The notes: generated by a model from the sequence alone, not told the origin. A stretch of DNA of 54,230 bases from Acaryochloridaceae cyanobacterium VAR_48_metabat_390 (GCA_031422435.1 JANPLU010000079.1:1-54230), one strand, 5' to 3'; positions 8,631-18,393 are shown, counted from the stretch's first letter. Program-made: numbers and translations.

Positions 8631-10115
8631 GTGTCGGCAGCCAATGGTGTGATGATGCAGTATTTCCACTGGTACAGTCCGGATGACGGTCAACTCTGGA
8701 ACCAGCTCGCTGAGTCTGCTGAAGATTTAGCAAAAGTAGGTGTCACGTCCCTTTGGCTACCGCCTGCCTATAAGGGTACAGGCGGCGGGATGGATGTCGG
8801 CTACGGCGTTTACGATCTCTTTGATCTTGGCGAGTTTGACCAAAAAGGTTCCGTCCGCACCAAGTATGGCACCAAGGATGAATATTTGAAGGCGATTAGA
8901 GCTGCCCAGTCCGTAGGTATTCGCATTTATGCAGATGCTGTCTTTAACCACAAACTGGGTGCAGATGAAGAAGAAGAGTGTCAGGCTACGCCTTTTGACC
9001 CTGAAAATCGTACTGCACCGATTGGGGAGTATCAAACGATTAAAGCCTGGACTCACTTTACATTTCCGGGTCGAGGCGACAAGTATTCCAGCATGAAATG
9101 GCACTGGTGGCATTTTGATGCAATTGACTACAACGCTTACAAAAGTGACGAAAATGCGATTTACCTACTCCAGGGTAAAGATTTTGATCGCAACGTAGAT
9201 TTTGAAAAAGGCAACTTCGACTATCTCATGGGCTGCGATCTGGATATGGATCACCCAGAAGTGGTGGGAGAACTAAAGTATTGGGGAGAGTGGTACATCG
9301 ATACGACGGGCGTAGATGGCTTTCGGTTTGACGCAGTGAAGCATGTCTCTGCTGAATTTTTTAGAGAATGGATGGATCACGTGAGCCACCATGCTCAGCG
9401 CGATTTATTTGCCGTTGGCGAATACTGGTCTTATGAAGTGGAAGCGCTTCACAATTTTGTAGAAACGACAAACGGCAGAGTTACATTATTTGATGCACCG
9501 CTGCACTACAATTTTCACGTCGCCAGCACATCGGGCAATGGCTACGATATGCGCACAATTTTTGACAATACGCTGGTGCAGCAACAGCCAGCGTTGGCGG
9601 TGACGCTGGTTGAAAATCACGATTCTCAGCCGCTCCAGTCTTTAGAGTCAATTGTTGAATCTTGGTTTAAGCCCCTTGCCTATGCACTTATTTTGTTAAG
9701 AAACGAGGGATACCCCTGCGTTTTCTACGGGGACTACTATGGCGCACACTATAAAGATCATGGAAAGGATGGTAATGAATATGAAATCTGGCTAGACAGC
9801 CACCGCGAAATTCTCGACCACATGCTGTTTGCGCGTCAAACCTATGCCTACGGAGACCAATACGACTATTTCGACCACCCCAACACCATTGGCTGGACTC
9901 GCCTAGGCGATGAAGACCATTCGGGGGGGATGGCGGTTGTTTTGAGTAATGGTGATGCCGGCACCAAGTCAATGGAGGTGGGGCAGCCTAACGCCACCTA
10001 TATCGACATTACGGGTCATATTGACGAACCCATCACAACAAACGAAAAAGGCTGGGCAGATTTTAGATGTGACGCGGGTTCGGTGTCTGTTTGGGTACCC
10101 AAGACCTTGACTTAA
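8631..10115 (+). CDS. amyA: Cytoplasmic alpha-amylase (GH13)
   Basis: NGVMMQYFHWY, DAVFNH, GFRFDAVKH, VGEYW, VENHD; GAGG SD before GTG; no signal peptide. Confidence 0.95.
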   Translation: MSAANGVMMQYFHWYSPDDGQLWNQLAESAEDLAKVGVTSLWLPPAYKGTGGGMDVGYGVYDLFDLGEFDQKGSVRTKYGTKDEYLKAIRAAQSVGIRIYADAVFNHKLGADEEEECQATPFDPENRTAPIGEYQTIKAWTHFTFPGRGDKYSSMKWHWWHFDAIDYNAYKSDENAIYLLQGKDFDRNVDFEKGNFDYLMGCDLDMDHPEVVGELKYWGEWYIDTTGVDGFRFDAVKHVSAEFFREWMDHVSHHAQRDLFAVGEYWSYEVEALHNFVETTNGRVTLFDAPLHYNFHVASTSGNGYDMRTIFDNTLVQQQPALAVTLVENHDSQPLQSLESIVESWFKPLAYALILLRNEGYPCVFYGDYYGAHYKDHGKDGNEYEIWLDSHREILDHMLFARQTYAYGDQYDYFDHPNTIGWTRLGDEDHSGGMAVVLSNGDAGTKSMEVGQPNATYIDITGHIDEPITTNEKGWADFRCDAGSVSVWVPKTLT

Positions 10116-11002
10116 ATTCGATAGCCTAGGATCATCCCAGCCAATAATAAAAAGCCAATCCAGACGTTTTCTCGGAAGAGCTTGCCATACATTTTGGCTG
10201 GGAGCTGGGCTGCTCGCCTTAGAATTAAAACTTCTCGACCCCAGAAGATGGCGCTAAGGGCAAGGGAAATCCAGTAGCCCCAATGCAGTGCCAACAAAGA
10301 CCCTAGCGCGAACAGAAAGGCGACTGTGCTTGCTAAGAAAATGGCGATCGCCACCACCACATGCCGCCCAAAAAATAAAGCGCTAGAATTTACGCCCAGT
10401 CTTTTGTCATCAGGGCGATCGGGCATGGCATAAATGGTGTCAAATCCTAAAGTCCAACACACCGTTGCGCCCCACAATAGCCAAGCGCCTTGGCTTAAGC
10501 TGCCCGTGACGGCACTCCAGCTAATGAGTACGGCAAATCCCCAGGCGATCGACAGTACCAACTGCGGCACTGGAAATACGCGCTTAGCGCCAGGGTATAA
10601 AACAATGACAGGGACTGCGGCGACACATAGCCAAAAGCTTAAGGGGTTTAGGAATAAAGATAGGCCAAAGGCGCACAAAAATCCGATCATTGCCACAATA
10701 ACGCCAACCTTTAGGGTTAAAGTTCGTGCAGCCAGCGGACGGGTGCGAGTCCGCTCAACCTTAGGGTCTATGTTGTGATCCCACAGGTCATTGACAACGC
10801 AGCCTGCTGCACTCGTGGCAATGGTGCCTGCAATAATCACCAACACCAATACAGCAGGCGGTTTACCTGTACTGGCAAGTACCACTGCCCATAACGCTGG
10901 AATCATTAAAATAAGGCGACCTTCTGGCTTATTCCAACGCAGAAGGCGAACAATTTCAGTCCAGGTGCTGGAAGAGTTGTAATGGGGCTGTGTTGAGGAC
11001 AT
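10112..11002 (-). CDS. ubiA: 4-hydroxybenzoate solanesyl/polyprenyltransferase (UbiA/PlqA family)
   Basis: NDLWD..ID..VERT..RPLA, YPGAKR, FDTIYA..D..DD; multi-TM. Confidence 0.92.
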   Translation of the reverse strand: MSSTQPHYNSSSTWTEIVRLLRWNKPEGRLILMIPALWAVVLASTGKPPAVLVLVIIAGTIATSAAGCVVNDLWDHNIDPKVERTRTRPLAARTLTLKVGVIVAMIGFLCAFGLSLFLNPLSFWLCVAAVPVIVLYPGAKRVFPVPQLVLSIAWGFAVLISWSAVTGSLSQGAWLLWGATVCWTLGFDTIYAMPDRPDDKRLGVNSSALFFGRHVVVAIAIFLASTVAFLFALGSLLALHWGYWISLALSAIFWGREVLILRRAAQLPAKMYGKLFRENVWIGFLLLAGMILGYRI

Positions 11003-11103
11003 TTGTTGTCAATACTTCAAATACAAAACATTCAAAATTGACTGAGCTACACTTACAATATCAGGCAAATCAATAAGCTCTAAAGTTGCTTAGATCAAGT
11101 CCT

Positions 11104-11667
11104 ATGGTTCAAACACCTACTCGACTCCTCACACTAGAAGAGTTCCTCCAGCAGCCTGAAACAAAGCCTGCTAGTGAATACATAGACGGTCAAGTCATCC
11201 AAGAGCCAATGTCTCAAGGTGAACATAGTACGCTGCAACTAGACTTTGGCACGTTTGTTAATGAGGCGCTCAAGCCAACTAAGATTGGTCGTGCTTATAC
11301 AGAGCTGCGGTGTACCTTCGGTGGGCGATCGCTTGTCCCAGATATTTCAGTTTTTCGTTGGGAACGTATTCCTAGAGAGCCAAATGGTCGTGTGTCCAAT
11401 CGGTTTGAACTGCACCCTGATTGGGTCATCGAAATTCTTTCCCCTAGCCAAAGCCAAACCAAGGTCATTCGGAGTGTTGTGCATTGTCTAGACCGTGGCA
11501 CAGAGATGAGCTGGGTGATTGATTCTGAGGAATCCTGTATTTTTGTCTATCAGCCAAATCAAACGCCACGATTTTTTGATGAGCCGCAGATACTGCTGCC
11601 CGTCCCTGCTTTTGCGGGAGCGATAAAGCTCACAGTTAAGCAGCTTTTTGACTGGTTGACAGATTAA
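11104..11667 (+). CDS. Uma2-family (DUF820) PD-(D/E)xK endonuclease-like protein
   Basis: LTLEEFL..PETKPASEYIDG, ELRCTFGGRSLVPD, PDWVIEILSP; ATG at 11104. Confidence 0.92.
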   Translation: MVQTPTRLLTLEEFLQQPETKPASEYIDGQVIQEPMSQGEHSTLQLDFGTFVNEALKPTKIGRAYTELRCTFGGRSLVPDISVFRWERIPREPNGRVSNRFELHPDWVIEILSPSQSQTKVIRSVVHCLDRGTEMSWVIDSEESCIFVYQPNQTPRFFDEPQILLPVPAFAGAIKLTVKQLFDWLTD

Positions 11668-11845
11668 GCTGCTTGACCTGAGGCTGAGCATTTGGTGAAT
11701 AATCGCAGCGCTGTCAATTACCCGATCGCCCTATCATCCATAAGCTCAAAGGCTCCGATTTCAATATTGATCACCGGATCGCCTCCTTCAGCTTGAGACC
11801 ACTCTTGGGATTTATAAATCTCTCCACCACGCCAAGTAAGGCAAT

Positions 11846-12088
11846 TTATGCCGACTTTAAATGTATTACGGGAATTTGCTCAATCTTTTCTGGGGCTTGT
11901 GCGCCTGTTGCCACAGCATGGACAGCATGAAGAATATTGGCTGAGTAGTATCGATTGCCGCAGTTATAGCATACGCCAATGGTCACGTCTTCAAGGATCA
12001 CAAATCCATCTCGGTGTTTGAAGGCTTCACGCTTGACGGTTCGTGCTTGAACGGTGCCTTCGCAAAATTCGCATGGGTATCCGTACAT
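11846..12088 (-). CDS. YgiT-type zinc-finger protein (MqsA-like antitoxin domain)
   Basis: MYGYPCEFCEG...VCYNCGNRYY with two CxxC; ATG at 12088; the track's 17-aa extension runs into the MITE. Confidence 0.85.
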   Translation of the reverse strand: MYGYPCEFCEGTVQARTVKREAFKHRDGFVILEDVTIGVCYNCGNRYYSANILHAVHAVATGAQAPEKIEQIPVIHLKSA

Positions 12089-12099
12089 AACGTTAGACC

Positions 12100-12267
12100 C
12101 TTGGTGGTGCAGAAAACTTATGAAATCCTTATGAATCAACGATTATGAACAAAATGGTAATCTTGGGAAAACCCTAAGATCTGAACGAGGGCAGTGGATT
12201 TCAGCCTCTATTTTGATCGTTCACGCTGTTTATCATGAGAACAAAAAAAGTTTTCTGCACCACTAAG
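12100..12267. mobile_element. MITE (non-autonomous IS derivative), 168 bp
   Basis: TIRs 12100-12119 CTTGGTGGTGCAGAAAACTT and 12248-12267 (reverse complement CTTAGTGGTGCAGAAAACTT), 19/20 identical; exact flanking direct repeat CGTTAGACC at 12091-12099 and 12268-12276; no transposase. Confidence 0.9.
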
Positions 12268-12269
12268 CG

Positions 12270-12330
12270 TTAGACCTTAAATTCTGTAACTTCGTAAACG
12301 GTGATGGTGAGAAAATATCTGCGGTTGACC
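12270..12330 (-). pseudogene. 3' remnant of a DUF4258-like toxin gene
   Basis: Minus strand reads ...RYFLTITVYEVTEFKV*, matching the IITVYE terminal motif of DUF4258 partners of YgiT fingers; in-frame stop shortly upstream and no N-terminal part seen. Confidence 0.6.
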
Positions 12331-12494
12331 GCTATCTATTCATTCAGCACATAAACCTCGCCCAAGATGAAACCTGGAGTTTTTGAAAATATGATGAAAC
12401 TAAGCCTGAAATCTATACTCTAATAGGCATACAGAGCTTGAGAAGCGTTCTAAATAAACTATGGTTTTCAAGTTACACGGGGTTTAGCTTGTTG

Positions 12495-13382
12495 TTAAAG
12501 TGGATTATGGAAAGTAACGGCTGGCTGATATCTCCGTAAAAATTGTATAGTAGTTTCCTTATCTGTAAATTGTCCGCGAATGGTCTCTCCGTTGCCGTAG
12601 TAGATCTCCACTTCATATCTTGCTATGGGCTGAGCCTCGTCTGTTTCGTTGTAGTTCAAGACAAAATCTATAGCATCTTCAACAAAAGTCCATTCTGCCA
12701 TAGTGCCGTGAAGAGCCAAAATTCTTATGGACTCAATTTGTCGGTTGATTGCTCGTTCAAGTGCCGCCATAAACTGCGTTAAATCACTTGTATTTTCAAC
12801 GAGCAAGGCAGTTGCTACCTTGTTCTTCTGCTCTGAAGTTAGACTATCCCAAGTTGCTACCTTATCAGCAATCGCATTGTCCGGCGTGCCCTCGTCGAAT
12901 CGTGCGTCAATGCCGACTTTTCTAAAGGCTTGGCAAACAGATTCATAGGAAAAATATACCAGAGCAAAGCCGTTTGATTTTAGTTGTGTAATTGCTCCCT
13001 TTGTAAAAACGCCTGCCAAAATAGCCCCAATGAAGGGTGCTGAACTTTGATATGTTTCTAATAAAGGGAGAACAGCCCCCTGTATTTCTTGAGCTTTATT
13101 TCTAGAGTGCTTCGTGTAACGCCTCCATGCCGTCTCGATAAAAGCGGCGGGTGTTCCCTTTTCTTGGGCTGTGCCATCTCTTTCAAGGACAAAGTCCAAA
13201 TCATGAGAGTTGCCAAGAGAGTCTTTCCACGTAAGCTTTACCCCTTTTCTTGTGGGTCTTGCACCTTTGGTGTCCAAATAAAGATCATGCTCTTGGGCAA
13301 AATCGCTCAAGAGCGGCTCAATTGCCATTTCAAGAACGTCGCCAATAATTTGACCAAATCTGTGCGCTGGAGATTGTGCCAT
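12495..13382 (-). CDS. Putative type II restriction endonuclease
   Basis: 3 nt downstream of a DNA methyltransferase; HDLDFVLE...FIETAWRRYTKHSRNKAQE resembles a variant PD-(D/E)xK core; AT-richer and HIP1-free. Confidence 0.6.
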   Translation of the reverse strand: MAQSPAHRFGQIIGDVLEMAIEPLLSDFAQEHDLYLDTKGARPTRKGVKLTWKDSLGNSHDLDFVLERDGTAQEKGTPAAFIETAWRRYTKHSRNKAQEIQGAVLPLLETYQSSAPFIGAILAGVFTKGAITQLKSNGFALVYFSYESVCQAFRKVGIDARFDEGTPDNAIADKVATWDSLTSEQKNKVATALLVENTSDLTQFMAALERAINRQIESIRILALHGTMAEWTFVEDAIDFVLNYNETDEAQPIARYEVEIYYGNGETIRGQFTDKETTIQFLRRYQPAVTFHNPL

Positions 13383-13385
13383 TGC

Positions 13386-14741
13386 TTAACCTTCTACCCA
13401 GAGACGACCCTCATGTAGTGGAATACGATGCTTGCGGTTTTTCCACTTAATGTTTCTGTCTCTCGTTTTTTCAAATCTATAAGACTTAAATCCCGCCGCA
13501 ACGGCTAATTCCCCCATCCATTGGTCAACTGGAGCGTGTATTCCATAGGGTGCCGAGTCTCCAATCACAAAACAAACTAAGGCTCCATCTTTAGTGACTC
13601 TTCGTAAAGCTGCCCAAGTTTTGGCCATATCCTGGAAGTAGGCGGCAATCATAGAATGATACGCCTTCTTTCCTCCATGCTCTAATCGTTCAACGGCTAA
13701 AAGTTGGCAGACTTTTTTGATTTCAATGCGTATAGGTTCCAACTCCAGTGACTCAAGAATCGCTTCCGTATTCTGCTTGGCTACATGCTGCGTACAAGAG
13801 CGGACAAGATACTTACGAACAGATTCTTGGAGGTCTCCCCACCCCTGAATATCACCAAAAAAACTCATTTCTAATCGTGTCGCATCTGCATAATCATAGT
13901 TATTAGCATATGGAGGAGATGTAATAACTAAGTCCGCCCAAGCATCCGACACGGAGGTGCATTGACGAGCATCTTCCCAATACACAATTGCAGGCAGACA
14001 TGGCGTTCTTGCTTGACAAAGTGACATATCACTTGCCATGAGAGACACTTTATTTTCAAAAGCTTTAAGAGGATCTAATACTTTGGCTTTTGATTTACTC
14101 GGCAATATATATTGCCACTGAGCCGTACCTACTGGGGAACAGCCGCGAAGGATAGAGGCTAACGCCAACCATGCTAACTCAGACAAAGCGGAGCCGTCTG
14201 CGGTTTCCTTCCATGTTCTTCGGAGACTATCAAGACGGATAATTGTTTCAGACGGAAAACACTTCGCGATAAGCGGAGCATAATTGGATGCATTTCCTCC
14301 TTCTCTCTTAGCTTGAGCCAAGAGAGAATGAGCGTATTCTAAAAATGCTTGAGGATCCGTCTGCCAATGTAGCTTTGCTTTGGCAACACGTACAACAAAT
14401 GGGTGAGCCTCGATGCCCACCGCTTCCATTCCACATGACTCGCCTTCTAAAAGAACCGTTCCAGACCCAGCAAATGGCTCAAAAATAGTTTTTCTACCAT
14501 TTGCCTTTTCGCGCAAAATCAATTCTCGTGCCCATAGTGCAGAAAAACCCGCAGAATACTTAAACCAACGATGGACAGGTAACGATAGATTGTCCGAAAA
14601 TGTAGAAGACACACCATCTTTGAAAGAGGATTGTTTCATAGGCTCATCTAAAAAGTTAGATGAGCCTGTTTTCAAAGTCTGATTAGTTGGCATTATCTTA
14701 GTATGGCTATTTTGCACGAACTTTGAATCTAGTTGCTTCAC
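13386..14741 (-). CDS. Amino-DNA methyltransferase, probably N4-cytosine
   Basis: Motif I EPFAGSGT precedes motif IV ITSPPY; VHRWFKYSAGFS and VIGDS; true start may be downstream (e.g. 14639). Confidence 0.88.
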   Translation of the reverse strand: MKQLDSKFVQNSHTKIMPTNQTLKTGSSNFLDEPMKQSSFKDGVSSTFSDNLSLPVHRWFKYSAGFSALWARELILREKANGRKTIFEPFAGSGTVLLEGESCGMEAVGIEAHPFVVRVAKAKLHWQTDPQAFLEYAHSLLAQAKREGGNASNYAPLIAKCFPSETIIRLDSLRRTWKETADGSALSELAWLALASILRGCSPVGTAQWQYILPSKSKAKVLDPLKAFENKVSLMASDMSLCQARTPCLPAIVYWEDARQCTSVSDAWADLVITSPPYANNYDYADATRLEMSFFGDIQGWGDLQESVRKYLVRSCTQHVAKQNTEAILESLELEPIRIEIKKVCQLLAVERLEHGGKKAYHSMIAAYFQDMAKTWAALRRVTKDGALVCFVIGDSAPYGIHAPVDQWMGELAVAAGFKSYRFEKTRDRNIKWKNRKHRIPLHEGRLWVEG

Positions 14742-14820
14742 CTAAACTATATCCTTACCGTTCGGTTGAAACAGCGTTGACAAGTATTATAAGTTTCCAC
14801 GGGCAGGAGAAAGCTTAACC

Positions 14821-16548
14821 ATGATCGATCACGACGTCATCATCGTCGGCGGAGGACTCGCAGGCTGTCGCGCTGCCCTAGAAATTGCCCGCACAGCCCC
14901 CCACCTCAACGTCGCCCTCGTCGCCAAAACCCACCCCATTCGATCGCACTCTGTCGCAGCCCAAGGGGGCATCGCTGCAACCCTCAAAAACGTGGACGAC
15001 CAAGACAGTTGGGAAGCCCACGCCTTCGATACCGTCAAAGGCTCAGACTATCTTGCCGATCAAGATGCCGTCGAAATTTTGACCCAAGAAGCCCCCGATG
15101 TCGTTATTGACCTAGAGCATTTGGGTGTACTGTTTTCGCGCCTACCCGACGGACGCATCGCCCAACGTGCTTTTGGCGGTCATAGCCATAACCGTACCTG
15201 CTATGCCGCAGACAAAACAGGCCACGCCATTCTGCACGAGCTGTACTGCAACCTTTTGCGCTTCGGCGTAAAAATCTACGAAGAATGGTACGTCCTGCGT
15301 CTGATTTTAGAAGACAACCAGGCCAAAGGCGTTGTGGTCTACCACATCCAAGACGGCACCCTAGAAGTGCTACGCGCCAAGGCCGTCATGTTTGCCACAG
15401 GCGGCTACGGTCGCGTCTTTAACACCACCTCCAATGACTTTGCCTCCACAGGCGATGGCTTAGCAATGGTCGCCTTAGCAGGGCTACCCCTCGAAGATAT
15501 GGAGTTTGTCCAGTTTCACCCCACGGGGCTATACCCTGCCGGAGTGCTGATCTCTGAGGCCGTGCGTGGCGAAGGGGCTTATCTGGTCAATAGTGACGGC
15601 GATCGCTTTATGGCAACCTATGCACCTAGTCGTATGGAGCTAGCGCCACGGGATATTACGTCCAGGGCGATCGCCACAGAAATTCGGCAGCAGCGGGGCA
15701 TCAATCTAGACGGCAGTGCAGGAGGACCCTTCATTTACCTAGACCTGCGCCACATGGGTAAAGAAAAAATCATGAGCCGCGTCCCATTTTGTTGGGAAGA
15801 ATCTCATCGGTTGGCTGGGGTCGATGCGGTCTATGAACCCATTCCGGTTCGGCCTACCATTCACTACTCTATGGGCGGCATTCCCGTTACCGTCAATGGC
15901 GAGGTACGCCGCAACGCCAACACCCTTGTCAAAAGCTTTTTTGCCGCAGGAGAAACCGCCTGTATCTCGGTGCATGGGGCAAACCGCTTGGGCAGCAACT
16001 CACTGCTGGAGTGCGTGGTATTTGGACGAAGGACGGGCTTGGCCATCGCCCAATACGTCCCAACCCAAACCCTGCCAGAGATCGACGAACAGCACTACCT
16101 CACCGCCGCCAAACAAGAAATTCAGGCGCTCCTAGACCAGAAAGGCGACATTCGCATCGGTCAGCTTCGCCAGCAGGTACAAGACTGCATCACCGAATAC
16201 TGCGGTGTGTTTCGCTCCGATGCACTGATTACAGAAGGGTTACGACAATTTAAGCTTCTTAAAAACGTCTACAAAACCATTCGCCTTGATGATCAAGGCA
16301 CCGTCTGGAATACCGAAATTTTAGAAGCTCTAGAACTTCGCAGCCTCATGATTGTGGGCGAAATGATTATGACCAGCGCCCTGCATCGCCAAGAAAGTCG
16401 CGGTGCCCACTGCCGTGAAGATTACCCCACCCGAAATGATGATGCCTTTTTACAGCACACTTTAGCGCTTTACACCCCCGAGGCAATCCACTTAGACTAC
16501 ATGCCCGTCACCATCACCCGCTTTCAGCCCCAAGAACGTAAATATTAA
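14821..16548 (+). CDS. sdhA: Succinate dehydrogenase/fumarate reductase flavoprotein subunit
   Basis: GGGLAG, RSHSVAAQGG, QFHPTG, SEAVRGEG, HYSMGG, HGANRLGSNSL, ESRGAH. Confidence 0.96.
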   Translation: MIDHDVIIVGGGLAGCRAALEIARTAPHLNVALVAKTHPIRSHSVAAQGGIAATLKNVDDQDSWEAHAFDTVKGSDYLADQDAVEILTQEAPDVVIDLEHLGVLFSRLPDGRIAQRAFGGHSHNRTCYAADKTGHAILHELYCNLLRFGVKIYEEWYVLRLILEDNQAKGVVVYHIQDGTLEVLRAKAVMFATGGYGRVFNTTSNDFASTGDGLAMVALAGLPLEDMEFVQFHPTGLYPAGVLISEAVRGEGAYLVNSDGDRFMATYAPSRMELAPRDITSRAIATEIRQQRGINLDGSAGGPFIYLDLRHMGKEKIMSRVPFCWEESHRLAGVDAVYEPIPVRPTIHYSMGGIPVTVNGEVRRNANTLVKSFFAAGETACISVHGANRLGSNSLLECVVFGRRTGLAIAQYVPTQTLPEIDEQHYLTAAKQEIQALLDQKGDIRIGQLRQQVQDCITEYCGVFRSDALITEGLRQFKLLKNVYKTIRLDDQGTVWNTEILEALELRSLMIVGEMIMTSALHRQESRGAHCREDYPTRNDDAFLQHTLALYTPEAIHLDYMPVTITRFQPQERKY

Positions 16549-16625
16549 GTTGTGTCAGACTATTTTCTATATCCAACAGACAGATAGAACCCTTACAATG
16601 CATCTCAGCCTGTCGCCTGTGTTCT

Positions 16626-17399
16626 ATGCGTGACGATATTCCTGAAGCGATTCGGCGGTCAGAAGACGAACCTGCCAAATCCCGTGTTTCTGCGCCTGTT
16701 TTAGCGATGGGAGTGGTGGCTGTGGGGGCGATCGCCCTCTTCACCACAGCCCTAATGCTATGGCCTAAAAGCGAACCCGCCCCCCCAACGGCGGCAGAGG
16801 GTAATCCATCTTCACCCTCAACTGTACCGTCGTCACCCATCCCAACCACAGCGGCGTCTCCCCAAGCCTCGCCCGATCAGGTTTTGGGTCACTTTGCCTA
16901 TGCCGAAGCGCCTGCAAACGAGTTAGAACCCATCACTGCCGATGGATCCATCACAATGCGGCAGCCAGCGGCGCAAGCCTACCGTAAAATGAGCGCGGAT
17001 GCAGCAGCAGCAGGCATTCGGCTTACCGTGATTTCTGGCTTTCGCTCCGTTGCCGATCAAAACGACCTGTTTTTTCGAGTCAAAGAGCAGCGTAATCAGG
17101 CCGTTTCAAAACGAGCTGAGGTCAGTGCCCCTCCAGGACACAGTGAACACCATACGGGCTATGCCATTGATATTGGCGATGCTGATCGCTCAGATACTAA
17201 CCTTAGCCAAAGCTTTGAAAATACGCCTGCGTTTGCGTGGCTATCAGAACACGCCGCCAAGTACAGCTTCGAGATGTCTTTCACAAAAGGAAATACCCAG
17301 GGTGTTAGCTACGAACCCTGGCACTGGCGGTTTGTGGGCGATCGCAGTAGCCTAGAAACCTTTTACCGTGCCCAACACCTCAAGCCAGGAACCCCTTAA
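16626..17399 (+). CDS. D-alanyl-D-alanine carboxypeptidase (M15B/VanY-like), membrane anchored
   Basis: SGFRS, SAPPGHSEHHTGYAID, YEPWHWRFVG; N-terminal TM and Pro/Ser linker. Confidence 0.92.
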   Translation: MRDDIPEAIRRSEDEPAKSRVSAPVLAMGVVAVGAIALFTTALMLWPKSEPAPPTAAEGNPSSPSTVPSSPIPTTAASPQASPDQVLGHFAYAEAPANELEPITADGSITMRQPAAQAYRKMSADAAAAGIRLTVISGFRSVADQNDLFFRVKEQRNQAVSKRAEVSAPPGHSEHHTGYAIDIGDADRSDTNLSQSFENTPAFAWLSEHAAKYSFEMSFTKGNTQGVSYEPWHWRFVGDRSSLETFYRAQHLKPGTP

Positions 17400-17410
17400 C
17401 ATAGGGAGAC

Positions 17411-18073
17411 ATGAACCCACTTACCCTCAATGCGATCGCCATTAGCGTGTTTGGCATGACCCTCTCCGTTCTGCTGGGGCCTTTGCTTCACATTTCGCCT
17501 AGCCTTAGCGCAGGCGTTGTTTTAGTCGGCTTAAGTGCCGTTACTTTAGATGGCTTTCAGTTTCAGTCTTTGGGGTTAACGCTGCTGCTAGATAGCCTTG
17601 CTCGTCTCTCCCCGCGCTATCAACAGCGCGTACTGCACCATGAAGCCGGACATTTTTTAATTGCTCACCTCTTAGACCTGCCCATTGAGGCCTATTCTCT
17701 CAGCGTCTGGGAAGCCTTCCGTAACGGCAATGCTCAACAGGCTGGGGTACTGCTGAAGCAGCCGCCTAATATTGTCGCCTCAGGCTGGTTGAACGCTAAT
17801 ATTGACAAGCTCTGCACAGTTTGGGTCGCAGGAGGCATTGCGGAAGACCTCAAGTATGGTTTAACCCAGGGGAATGAAGATGATCTTCAGCAGCTGCGCC
17901 AATCGCTCTCTTCCTTAGGACTTAATGTCCGGCTTCATGAAGAAAAAGCTATGCGCCATGCCCGACAGCTTCTTCGAGACAACTGGCAGAGCTATGAAGC
18001 GTTGGCTGCACAAATGGAGAAGCGTCAGCCGATAGCAGAATGCTGTCGCGTTGTTGAGCAGATGAAGTCGTGA
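17411..18073 (+). CDS. M41-like zinc protease without AAA domain
   Basis: RVLHHEAGHFLIA HExxH, downstream AGGIAE; N-terminal TMs. Confidence 0.8.
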   Translation: MNPLTLNAIAISVFGMTLSVLLGPLLHISPSLSAGVVLVGLSAVTLDGFQFQSLGLTLLLDSLARLSPRYQQRVLHHEAGHFLIAHLLDLPIEAYSLSVWEAFRNGNAQQAGVLLKQPPNIVASGWLNANIDKLCTVWVAGGIAEDLKYGLTQGNEDDLQQLRQSLSSLGLNVRLHEEKAMRHARQLLRDNWQSYEALAAQMEKRQPIAECCRVVEQMKS

Positions 18074-18393
18074 CGGCTGTAACACGATGGACTACGGGCT
18101 TGATGCCTTATTTATCCCCTCTATGACTAAGATCACTTTCGAGTCGCTCCTTGGGCTTTTAAGATGGTTCTATGGAGATCACACGATTCTAAAATCAACT
18201 CTAAGCCCCTAAATCAACAGGATTTTTCTTAAGCCTAAGTTTGTAGTGAATCATTTTGATTGTAAGATTTGTAATTCTATCGGTAAAAAAATTCGTTATA
18301 TCCTAAGTTCAGTTTGATTAATTGTGCGGAATTCAGTTGATATGCAGCTTCTCTTGATCGCTAAGATGACTCTAATCTGACACCTTTTTCTTC

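Noticed and set aside
11668..11845. Possible gene remnant between Uma2 and the YgiT finger
   Set aside because: Short open stretches exist on both strands but match nothing I recognise
12089..12139. N-terminal extension of the YgiT ORF in the track
   Set aside because: It derives from MITE and target-duplication sequence; the family-like sequence starts at MYGY (12088)
14821..16548. sdhA without sdhB/C, and likewise the solitary sugar permease at 37237
   Set aside because: Scattered subunit genes are normal in cyanobacteria
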